A stretch of 24,000 nt of DNA, taken from contig JAITXT010000022.1 of NCBI GenBank assembly GCA_031284585.1, positions 13,823-37,822 of the forward strand, written 5' to 3'. A program made the position numbers and the translations under genes. Each line of letters begins with the position of its first letter. Within the stretch, counting starts at the first letter, position 1. Below are positions 1 to 8,302 of this stretch, piece after piece. The DNA comes from Acholeplasmatales bacterium (GTDB taxonomy: Bacteria > Bacillota_I > Bacilli_A > Acholeplasmatales > Acholeplasmataceae). The notes under the pieces were generated by a model. It was not told where the DNA came from, did not search any database, and was given only the letters and a program-made list of their open reading frames with translations.

Positions 1-1456
1 CATTAATCGATAAAGCAACTGATCCAGAATGTCCAGCACTTAAACCTTCAACTTCTACTGAACCATTACTATCATACTCACGGTAAACAGGTAGAGGAGC
101 AACATCCCATTCATATTTATTTCCTGATTGTCCCGTAGGAGTTCCAGGTAAATTTTGCATTTGTTTTCTAAAATTAGTTACATTCCATCTTCCATCAACT
201 AGCATAGCAACATTTCCATTTGCAAATGCTTTTGTTTTTCCAGAGTCTCCACCTATTGAAGTAGGAGAAGGAGTAACTCCATAACCATATTGATTATTAC
301 CTTGGAAATTATCAACTAAAGTAGTAGTCGATTGACCTAATCTTATAAATTCCACAAAAGCATCTCTTTGACTAGGTAATTTCTTTAGTTTTCCGGAAGT
401 AACAGCAGCTAATATCTCTGGTTTAATAGTTTCAGTAGTAGGAGATACTAATTTATCATACCAACTAATAATTTCTCTCTTTGCATAATGATTAGCACCA
501 ATATCAAAACCATTATCATCGTAAACTATAAAATTGGGCGTAGGATCCATTAAACTAAATGTGTAATATCCACCGTTAAATGTAGTATCATTTGAAGGAA
601 TATATTCAATACAATCTCCACCAACACTCCATCCATAATTAAACCACCATTCTGTATGAAAACCATAATTTGCAGGAGAACCTTGTTGAACAACTCTTGC
701 ACATTCTACTGTCTCTTCCCAATTCATAGCGATTTGGTTATTAAATACTTTTTTCCCATTAATAACTTGATATCCTTTATGAAGCACTTCACCTGTAATT
801 TGATAATCAGATTTAGTAGCACCCCTAGAATCTTTTTCCCCACCATTAAAAAGGCTAAGTGATTCAGGAGAAACAGATATTACTGTTACTCCAGCAGTCT
901 TAAAAAAGGTTTCATTATAGTATATTACTGTTGGTCCTATATCTTTAGGAATACCCCAATACTTTGCATTAGGTCCAGTCGAAGTAGTAGTATCGACATC
1001 GTATAAATACCTATTAATTGATGATTCCCACATATCTTCGATATTTACCTTAGTAGATTCCTCAATATAACTATCAAGAGGTAATAAATATCCCAAGGTT
1101 GCTAGAGCCTTAAAAGAATCATCTGGAACATATACAACATCAGGTCCTTTACTACCTTGAAGTCCTAGTTTCAAAGCATCTCCATATGAATCAGGAGACT
1201 TTTGAATATAGTTCACTTTAATAACGTCTTTATACAAAGCATTAAAAGAATCTACGAGACCTCTAAATACAGCAAGTTCGTCTTGATCTCCATACCCCCA
1301 AAAAGTAATATTAGCTTCTTTTTCACCTGGTCTAACTCCACCATCAGGATCAATAATAATATCTCCTGAATCATCTTTACAAGAAATGATAAAGAAAGGT
1401 ATTACTAATAACAAACAAATAAAACTAATTCTTTTTACAAAATTTTTTCTTAACAT
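1..1456 (-). CDS. Extracellular solute-binding lipoprotein of a sugar-type ABC transporter (family 1-like), 3' end truncated by the window edge
   Basis: Absent from the ORF track because it runs off the left edge. Translated by hand from the ATG at 1456: MLRKNFVKRISFICLLLVIPFFIISCKDDSGD... has a signal peptide and lipobox (IISC). It continues ITFWGWGDQDELAVFRGLVDSFNALYKD..., KGPDVVYVPDDSFKALATLGYLLPLD, and near the edge WDVAPLPVYREYDSNGSVEVEGLSAGHSGSVALSIN. SD AGGAGG lies just upstream. Confidence 0.9.
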   Translation of the reverse strand, partial: MLRKNFVKRISFICLLLVIPFFIISCKDDSGDIIIDPDGGVRPGEKEANITFWGYGDQDELAVFRGLVDSFNALYKDVIKVNYIQKSPDSYGDALKLGLQGSKGPDVVYVPDDSFKALATLGYLLPLDSYIEESTKVNIEDMWESSINRYLYDVDTTTSTGPNAKYWGIPKDIGPTVIYYNETFFKTAGVTVISVSPESLSLFNGGEKDSRGATKSDYQITGEVLHKGYQVINGKKVFNNQIAMNWEETVECARVVQQGSPANYGFHTEWWFNYGWSVGGDCIEYIPSNDTTFNGGYYTFSLMDPTPNFIVYDDNGFDIGANHYAKREIISWYDKLVSPTTETIKPEILAAVTSGKLKKLPSQRDAFVEFIRLGQSTTTLVDNFQGNNQYGYGVTPSPTSIGGDSGKTKAFANGNVAMLVDGRWNVTNFRKQMQNLPGTPTGQSGNKYEWDVAPLPVYREYDSNGSVEVEGLSAGHSGSVALSIN

Positions 1457-1464
1457 AATTCCTC

Positions 1465-2355
1465 CTATTTATAATCAATTATTAAATTATTATCTTTAAA
1501 AAATACTTTAGAAAAACAAGTTGTTCTGTCACCACTTGGTTCATCTATATTGGTATGTATATGATAAGATGTCATTAGAGAGTTATTATTTGCCCTGAAA
1601 TAGGCATTATGACCAGGACCTGAAATAACATTATCTATATATTTTAAAATTGGATTATTAGGTGATTTTACATATGGTCCTAGAGGATTAGAAGAAGTTG
1701 AATAACAAACACAATATTTCTTATCTAAATACATATTAGTAGAATAAGAAAGATAATAGATTCCGTTATTTTTTAAAACAAATGGTCCTTCATTCCATTG
1801 CCATGAAGAATTAATTCCTTCATAAGCTTCTGTTGGAGTAGATATTAATATAGGTTCACCATCTAGTGTTACTAAGTCATTTTTTAACTTAACTCCATAG
1901 ATTTGAGATATATGATTTCCATCCACAATATTTAAAGAGCAATCTTTTGCATAAAACATATAGATAGTCCCATCATCATCTTTAAAAAGATGCCCATCAA
2001 TCGCTGCATATCCAAAATCAAAAGTAGGTTTATCTGATAAGTCTTTAAATATACCAAGCGCGGAAGTTGCTTTAGCAAGCGATAGCGTTAAATAACCTGT
2101 ATCAATATTTCTTGAGGTAAATAACATATAAAATTCATCATTTAAATAATAAACTTCAGGTGCCCAAAAACATTCATATCCAACTTTAGAGTGATGGTAA
2201 CACAAACCTTTATCTTCCCAATTAATTAAATCATTTGAAATAAAAACTTTAAAACCCTCATTAGACGAGGTAGAATAGTGATAGTAAACGCTTTCATAAA
2301 CAAGAATGAAAGGATCTCCGATATTTGTTATTTTCGTTTTGAGTATTTTTTCCAT
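1465..2355 (-). CDS. Glycoside hydrolase family 43-like beta-xylosidase/alpha-L-arabinofuranosidase-type enzyme, probably cytoplasmic
   Basis: MEKILKTKITNIGDPFILV...WAPEVYY...AAIDGHLFKDDDGTIYMFY...WNEGPFVLKNNGIYYLSYS matches the five-bladed propeller GH43 pattern, with Asp in GDPF, Asp in IDGH and Glu in NEGP. No signal peptide. The start at 2355 (preceded by AGAGGAAAAG) is preferred over the track start at 2394. Confidence 0.85.
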   Translation of the reverse strand: MEKILKTKITNIGDPFILVYESVYYHYSTSSNEGFKVFISNDLINWEDKGLCYHHSKVGYECFWAPEVYYLNDEFYMLFTSRNIDTGYLTLSLAKATSALGIFKDLSDKPTFDFGYAAIDGHLFKDDDGTIYMFYAKDCSLNIVDGNHISQIYGVKLKNDLVTLDGEPILISTPTEAYEGINSSWQWNEGPFVLKNNGIYYLSYSTNMYLDKKYCVCYSTSSNPLGPYVKSPNNPILKYIDNVISGPGHNAYFRANNNSLMTSYHIHTNIDEPSGDRTTCFSKVFFKDNNLIIDYK

Positions 2356-2675
2356 CTTTTCCTCTCTTAACATTATCGTTAATGTAGAAATCAACTAAAG
2401 AAGAACTTTCCTTTTCAAGTTAATTCTTCTATCTATTAGTTATGTCAATGTAATTATACAAAAAATAAAATATAAAAATAAAAAAAAGAACTTATTTTAT
2501 AATTTTTATGATAAATTTAGCCTAAATTCTTTTAAAAAATAGAAGTATAATCTTTTTTATTTGAAAAACATCAAAATATTTAATTATTTAAATAACTTAT
2601 AGAAAAATTATATTTTCATTGAAAGATGAAATTTTACCTGAAAAAAGGAAAGAAAAGAGCAAATTCTCGCCTTTA

Positions 2676-2684
2676 TGTTATAAT
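2676..2684 (+). promoter_or_regulatory. Extended -10 promoter element (TGTTATAAT) for the Ig-like lipoprotein gene
   Basis: TGnTATAAT is about 80 nt upstream of the ATG at 2765. No strong -35 is visible. An AAGGAG Shine-Dalgarno precedes the ATG. Confidence 0.4.
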
Positions 2685-2764
2685 ATTTACATCAGCATAT
2701 TTTGTAAAGAGTATTATTGATAAAGTAATCTTTACTTATATGTTAATAAATTAAGGAGTATTAA

Positions 2765-4597
2765 ATGAAAAAAAACCATATAATTTTACTAATAATATTT
2801 ATAACATTAATCTTTATTTCGTGTCAAAAAATTGAAACACCTGTTTTAGAAATCGAAGGTACATCTAATATTTATTTAGATAGTTCAAATACAGCGGTCT
2901 ATTCAATTAAAAAAAGCGAACATATAAGTGATGTAATTATTTGGGATATTATCAACAAAGATGATGTTCTTGATGTAGATATAGAAGATGGTAAAGTAAC
3001 TATAAACAATGAAATCGAAGGAAATTCGAAAGCCTATTTCACTGTTCTTGCCTATGATTCTCTAAACACTTCAATTAAATCAACAATTGGAGTTACAGTT
3101 CATGGAAGAATAATTAGTTTAGAAATTACTGGAGCAAGCACACTTGCTGTCGGAGAAACGATAGTTTTAAATGCAATCACAACTGGAACAAGTAATATTA
3201 CTTGGACTATAAGTTCTTTGACACTTGCGGAAATGGTCATAGTTAGTAACACAAAAGTCTCAATCAAAGGATTAAAACCAGGAATTGTTACTGTAACCGC
3301 GAAAATGAATAATCAAAAAATAATTGATACTCATAACCTTATTATTGAAGAAGCTACTGAGATAATTGATTTAACAGTATCTCTTACTGGGCCTACTTCT
3401 TTAATTATCGGTGAAAATTACAAGTATATTCCAGTCGTAAGCAATAATTCAATTCAAATATTTACTTGGTTAAGTTCTGACGAAACTAAAGCAACCGTAT
3501 CTTCCGCTGGAGTAGTTACAGCTCTAAAAAAAGGAAAAGTAATTATAACTGCAAATATACTTTCAACAAAGATAACAGGTTCAATAAGTATTGATATTTT
3601 AGAACCAGATCCAATTAATATGAGTATTGAAGGTGCAGAGATCATTAACCTAAATTATTCAAATGAATCACAATATACTATTTCTCATGATTACACGGGT
3701 TCTCTTCTTGTAAATGTCCTATGGTCTATCGTTAGTGGCCCAGAATCCACTATAAATGAAGGTTTATTAACTGTTAATGAAATAGGAACCATTCAAATAG
3801 AGGCAAGCGTTTCAATTGGTACTATAAATAGAATAATTTATAAAACTATTGAAGTAATAAATGCTAACACAGAAACTGAATACATAGTTATCTATGATTT
3901 AAATGATAGTTCTATTTTACCAGCTACAAATAGCACTGATAATTATTCAAAATACTTAAAAAATGAAAATATATATTTAAGTAATCCAGAAAGAGAGGGT
4001 TTTGCCTTTAGAGGTTGGTACTTAAATGATATTTTTTTAGATGATAACCATCTAGCTTCAAATGCTTATGAAGGTATCATTACCCTTAAAGCAAAATGGA
4101 TTAATAAATATAATATAGTTGGCTCAATGAATAGTTTTGAAACAGTTTTAGGAGATGGAATTATTCTTGTTCCATTAATAGTAGAAAATAGCTGGGATGG
4201 TCATTCATATATATCTAATGAAATTGAGATAGTTAGTGAAACTACTTATAAAGTTCGTGGAGATTCATTATACTCTTTTCCAGAAGGATCTGGAACTGAA
4301 AGAGTAATTGATTTGCTAGGATTTTATACTTTCTATTTTAATGATTCTTTTTTAGAATTAAGAGCGGACATAGTAACAATAAATATTATTCTAAATAATC
4401 ATTTCCCACTCTTTGAAAATACTAATGTATTTGTTTTAAATAAAGGATCAAAAATTAATGTTCAAATGTTTATCAAGGATGAATATTTATTAGAAAATAT
4501 TTATTATGATTTAGAAAAATTATTATTATTTGATTTCGATACTCCAATTCTATCAAACATCGATATTCATGTTTTTTATAACGAACTTATTTATTAA
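2765..4597 (+). CDS. Surface lipoprotein with tandem bacterial Ig-like (Big) domains, an InlB B-type repeat and an uncharacterised C-terminal domain
   Basis: Signal peptide and lipobox (MKKNHIILLIIFITLIFISCQK). Repeated Ig-like units are present (e.g. ITGASTLAVGETIVLNAITTGTSNITWTI...GLKPGIVTVTA; LTGPTSLIIGENYKYIP...ATVSSAGVVTALKKGKVIITANI). An InlB/Flg_new-like segment follows: IVIYDLND...NPEREGFAFRGWYLND...ITLKAKW. Confidence 0.8.
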   Translation: MKKNHIILLIIFITLIFISCQKIETPVLEIEGTSNIYLDSSNTAVYSIKKSEHISDVIIWDIINKDDVLDVDIEDGKVTINNEIEGNSKAYFTVLAYDSLNTSIKSTIGVTVHGRIISLEITGASTLAVGETIVLNAITTGTSNITWTISSLTLAEMVIVSNTKVSIKGLKPGIVTVTAKMNNQKIIDTHNLIIEEATEIIDLTVSLTGPTSLIIGENYKYIPVVSNNSIQIFTWLSSDETKATVSSAGVVTALKKGKVIITANILSTKITGSISIDILEPDPINMSIEGAEIINLNYSNESQYTISHDYTGSLLVNVLWSIVSGPESTINEGLLTVNEIGTIQIEASVSIGTINRIIYKTIEVINANTETEYIVIYDLNDSSILPATNSTDNYSKYLKNENIYLSNPEREGFAFRGWYLNDIFLDDNHLASNAYEGIITLKAKWINKYNIVGSMNSFETVLGDGIILVPLIVENSWDGHSYISNEIEIVSETTYKVRGDSLYSFPEGSGTERVIDLLGFYTFYFNDSFLELRADIVTINIILNNHFPLFENTNVFVLNKGSKINVQMFIKDEYLLENIYYDLEKLLLFDFDTPILSNIDIHVFYNELIY

Positions 4598-4622
4598 TTT
4601 ATAAAATTATTTAAAATTAGAT

Positions 4623-6413
4623 TTATTCAATTTCGTCCTTATATTGAAGTTCATAAAGTGAATGATAAATTCCCCCTAAAGAGAGTAATTCTTGATGATT
4701 ACCACTTTCTTTTATTTCACCTTTTTGCATGACAATAATCTTAGTCGCATGTTGAATTGTTGATAATCTATGAGCAACTATAATCATAGTTGATAGACTC
4801 ATCATTTTTGATAATGATTCTTGAATTAACACTTCTGTTTCACTATCAATATTAGAAGTTGCTTCATCAAGTATTAATAATCTTGGTTTATAAGCTAAAG
4901 TTCTTGCGAAAGAAATCAATTGTTTTTCTCCACTACTAAAATTGTTCCCACGCTCAAGCACCATATGATCATATTTCAAATTTAATTTATTAATTACTTT
5001 ATCGGCATTAACATATTCAGCTGCTTTTTTATATTCTTCTGGTGTTATAGAATCATTATCTAAAGTTAAATTTTTAGAAATAGTATCATTAAATAAGAAC
5101 ACATCTTGAAGCATTTGTCCAATATTTCTCCTAATACTTGAAATTGTATAATCTCTAATATCGATACCATCAAGTAAGATATTCCCCTCATCAACATCAT
5201 AATTTCTTGCTAATAATCCTAAAATTGTCGTTTTACCTGAACCTGTCGCACCAACAAGTGCTATCGTATCTCCGGGATTAATTTCAAAAGAAATATTTTT
5301 TAGAACTTGAACACTCTTTACATAAGAAAAAGATACATTAATAAACTCAATATGTCCAGTAAAATTTACAAGTTCGATTGCATTTTCTTTATCAACAATT
5401 TCATTTTTAGTATCCAAAACATCAAATATTTTTTCAGCACTAGATAACGAATCTTGGAGAACATTAAACTGTTCCGCAATATTTTGAACTGGATCAAAAA
5501 AAGTTTGAATAAAATTAGTGACTGTGTAAAGCATTCCGTATGTAAATAATGTAGGTGCTGAGTTTACTTCTTTAATCCCATAATATAAAACTAAAAATAA
5601 AGTTATTATATACATGAAATATATAAATGGTCTAAATATTGCAAACACTATGATTTCACGAACATAACTCTTTGTTAATTTCAAACTTTTATCCTCAAAT
5701 TCTTTTTTCTTTTTTTCTTCCTGGTTAAAAATTTGGATTATTTTCATTCCAGACATATTTTCAGAAAGAAAAGCATTAATTTCAGAAGCATTATTTTTAA
5801 TTTGCCTATTGGCATATCTTGAGTATTTTCTAAATAAAACAACCGAAAGAACAATAATAGGTAAAAGGGCCGTTAAAATTAAAGTTAGTTTCCAACTATA
5901 GATAAATAAAATTACATAAACACCTATCATATAGAGAATACTTTGGAGTAAATTAACTATCGTATTCGTAAACATTTCAGATAGACTATTTGTATCATTA
6001 ACAACTCTTGTAACAAGTTTACCGATTGGCAAACTATTAATTTGACCAATTGACAAACCGACTATATGGTCATATACTTGCTTTCTTAAATCCGTTACAA
6101 TTGCTTGACCAGTTTTTTGTAAAATAATGTTCTGAAAATACAACAAGAAAACAATAATAAAAATTACAAAAATATAAATAGAAGAAATAAAAATTACAAG
6201 CATTATCTTATCATGATCAGAATACTCAGGTGAAAAAATTCTGTCAATTATTATTCCTGTTATAATGGGAGGAGAAACTTGAAGAGCGATTGAACCAAAC
6301 ATTAATAAAAGTACAATAATAAATTGCTTTAAATATTTCTTAGCAAATAATAATAATCTCTTTATTATTTCCGTATCAGACTTAAGTCTTGTATTTTCAA
6401 CGAAATCTTTCAT
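4623..6413 (-). CDS. Heterodimeric ABC exporter, half-transporter with a complete Walker B (YheH/BmrD-like)
   Basis: N-terminal six-TM exporter domain. Walker A GATGSGKTT, deviating signature SSGEKQ, Walker B LLILDEATSNID, H-loop VAHRLS. Confidence 0.88.
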   Translation of the reverse strand: MKDFVENTRLKSDTEIIKRLLLFAKKYLKQFIIVLLLMFGSIALQVSPPIITGIIIDRIFSPEYSDHDKIMLVIFISSIYIFVIFIIVFLLYFQNIILQKTGQAIVTDLRKQVYDHIVGLSIGQINSLPIGKLVTRVVNDTNSLSEMFTNTIVNLLQSILYMIGVYVILFIYSWKLTLILTALLPIIVLSVVLFRKYSRYANRQIKNNASEINAFLSENMSGMKIIQIFNQEEKKKKEFEDKSLKLTKSYVREIIVFAIFRPFIYFMYIITLFLVLYYGIKEVNSAPTLFTYGMLYTVTNFIQTFFDPVQNIAEQFNVLQDSLSSAEKIFDVLDTKNEIVDKENAIELVNFTGHIEFINVSFSYVKSVQVLKNISFEINPGDTIALVGATGSGKTTILGLLARNYDVDEGNILLDGIDIRDYTISSIRRNIGQMLQDVFLFNDTISKNLTLDNDSITPEEYKKAAEYVNADKVINKLNLKYDHMVLERGNNFSSGEKQLISFARTLAYKPRLLILDEATSNIDSETEVLIQESLSKMMSLSTMIIVAHRLSTIQHATKIIVMQKGEIKESGNHQELLSLGGIYHSLYELQYKDEIE

Positions 6414-6414
6414 T

Positions 6415-8175
6415 TTATTTACCTATTGCCTTTTCTTCAAGAGTTTGTAATCTAACTAATTCCTGGTAAAGTGGACACCTTTTATTTAATTCATCATGAG
6501 TTCCAATATCTACAATCTTCCCAAGATCTAAAAGAATGATTTTATTCATTTTTTTAACAGTAGATATTCTATGAGCAATAAAAATAGTAGTTTTATTACT
6601 TCTAATCTCATGAAGGTTCGCAATTATTTCTTCTTCTGTCAATGTATCAACAGCAGAAACCGAATCATCAAGAATTAATATTTCTGGATTTTTATAAATT
6701 GCTCTAGCGATTGAAATTCGCTGTTTCTGACCACCTGAAACAGTTACTCCTCTTTCACCTAAAATTGTATCAAATCCTTGTTCAAATTCAATAATATTTT
6801 CATATACATCAGAAAGTTTAGAAGAATTAATAACTAGATCAAGAGAGGGTACTTCATCTGAAAACGCAATATTTGATTTTATAGTATCAGAAAATAAAAA
6901 ATTATCTTGAGGAACATAACCAATGTTTTTTCTAACATCTTCAACTCGTAAATCCATTATATCGTTATTTCCTAAAAATAACATGTTATTTTCAACATTG
7001 TAAATACGAAGTAATAAATCAACAAGTGAACTTTTCCCACTTCCCGTTCTTCCTAATATTCCAACCATTTCACCTTTATTAATTTTAAAAGAAATATCAT
7101 CTAGGACTTTTGTTTCGCTATCAGGATAAATAAAAGATAAATGTGAAGCCGTAATGGAACCATCAATAATTGGATCTATTTCACAATTTACTTTATTCCT
7201 TACTAATATTTTCTCATCTAATAACGAAGAAATTCTTTTCTCACTTGCTCTTGACTGATTACTAAAATTAAGAAATTGAGATATTGCCATCGCAGGCCAA
7301 ATAAGCGTAAAATAATATGAAGTATATTCAGTAAATTGTCCACTAGTAAAATTAGATTTACCACCTATTACTAGAAATGAAGTGTACCATAAAATAATCA
7401 GAATCGCAATACTTGCTACAACGTTAATACTAATATTAACAAAAATAGATTGCTTAACAAAAGTAATATGCTTTTCCTTTAAATCGATACTTTTCTCGGA
7501 AAATCTTTCGCTAAATTTTTCTTCTCTAACAAATGCTTTTAAAACAGAAATCCCTGAATATGCTTCCTGAGTAAAATCAGATAATTTCGAAAAAGCTTCT
7601 TGTCTTAATAAAAATCTACTTCTTATTCTCTTATTAAAAATAAAAAAAACAATAAATAATCCCATCACTGGAATAGATAGAAACAAAGTCATTTTCAGGC
7701 TAATATCAATCATTCTAGTTACCGAAAAAATAGTCAATGTGACCGAATCTACAAGCATCAATAATCCCCAACCATAATTATTTCTAATCGCATTTAAATC
7801 ATTTGTAAAAAATGACATTAAATTTCCAATTTTCTCTTTTGAATAAAAATCCCTAGAAAGTAGAAGAGCCTTATTAAACATTTTAATTCTAATGTCATGT
7901 TCAATCTTTCGAGATGCAATTAATAAACTTAATCTCCAGAGTACACGCCCGAAAGTTATAATAACTCCAATTATTAAAATTGTAAAAACAGATTTCTGAA
8001 AGTCAAATGAAGTACTTCCTGTTTTTGAAAATTCTTCAAGTGCTGAAATTATTTTACCTATATTTTTAGGAATATCTAATGAGATATAATCAACTACTAT
8101 CAAACTAATTACTCCAATTAGAAAATAAATGAAAAATTTAAAATAATATTTATAAAAGTGTTTACCTAATACCAA
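6415..8175 (-). CDS. Heterodimeric ABC exporter, half-transporter with a degenerate Walker B (YheI/BmrC-like)
   Basis: TM exporter domain. Walker A GRTGSGKSS, canonical signature VSGGQKQR, Walker B LILDDSVSAVD (Asp in place of catalytic Glu), H-loop IAHRIS. It ends 1 nt before the next gene starts. Confidence 0.88.
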   Translation of the reverse strand: MVLGKHFYKYYFKFFIYFLIGVISLIVVDYISLDIPKNIGKIISALEEFSKTGSTSFDFQKSVFTILIIGVIITFGRVLWRLSLLIASRKIEHDIRIKMFNKALLLSRDFYSKEKIGNLMSFFTNDLNAIRNNYGWGLLMLVDSVTLTIFSVTRMIDISLKMTLFLSIPVMGLFIVFFIFNKRIRSRFLLRQEAFSKLSDFTQEAYSGISVLKAFVREEKFSERFSEKSIDLKEKHITFVKQSIFVNISINVVASIAILIILWYTSFLVIGGKSNFTSGQFTEYTSYYFTLIWPAMAISQFLNFSNQSRASEKRISSLLDEKILVRNKVNCEIDPIIDGSITASHLSFIYPDSETKVLDDISFKINKGEMVGILGRTGSGKSSLVDLLLRIYNVENNMLFLGNNDIMDLRVEDVRKNIGYVPQDNFLFSDTIKSNIAFSDEVPSLDLVINSSKLSDVYENIIEFEQGFDTILGERGVTVSGGQKQRISIARAIYKNPEILILDDSVSAVDTLTEEEIIANLHEIRSNKTTIFIAHRISTVKKMNKIILLDLGKIVDIGTHDELNKRCPLYQELVRLQTLEEKAIGK

Positions 8176-8276
8176 AGAGTACCTCCCATTTTAAAATATA
8201 GTAATAATTATACTATAATTTAAAAAGTAATATATAAATGAGTATATTATTTATCTTATTCATAAAAGATTTATTT

Positions 8277-8302
8277 AAAAAAATTAATTTGTAAAAATTA
8301 AT
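8277..8302 (-). terminator. Possible weak intrinsic terminator of the DUF2779-like gene
   Basis: On the minus strand, ATTAATTT-TTAC-AAATTAAT (perfect 8-bp arms, plus-strand 8283-8290 and 8295-8302) is followed by a run of about 7 T. The stem contains no G/C, and the stop codon (8298-8300) lies inside it. Confidence 0.4.

Noticed and set aside
656-862. Plus-strand 68-aa ORF
   Set aside because: It lies antisense inside the well-supported solute-binding lipoprotein frame and has no recognisable family features.
2710-2740. Short inverted repeat AAGTAA-TCT-TTACTT in the 5' leader of the Ig-like lipoprotein gene
   Set aside because: A 6-bp A/T-rich palindrome is expected by chance here, and no riboswitch-like structure was recognised.
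3454-3645. Minus-strand 63-aa ORF
   Set aside because: Antisense to the Ig-like lipoprotein repeats; low-complexity by-product.
7382-7570. Plus-strand 62-aa ORF
   Set aside because: Antisense inside the ABC exporter TM domain; its hydrophobic content mirrors the opposite strand.
8199-8219. Inverted repeat TATAGTA-N7-TACTATA upstream of the ABC exporter pair, overlapping a TATAAT
   Set aside because: It could be an operator, but the arms are only 7 bp and almost purely A/T in an A/T-rich spacer. There is too little evidence to call it.
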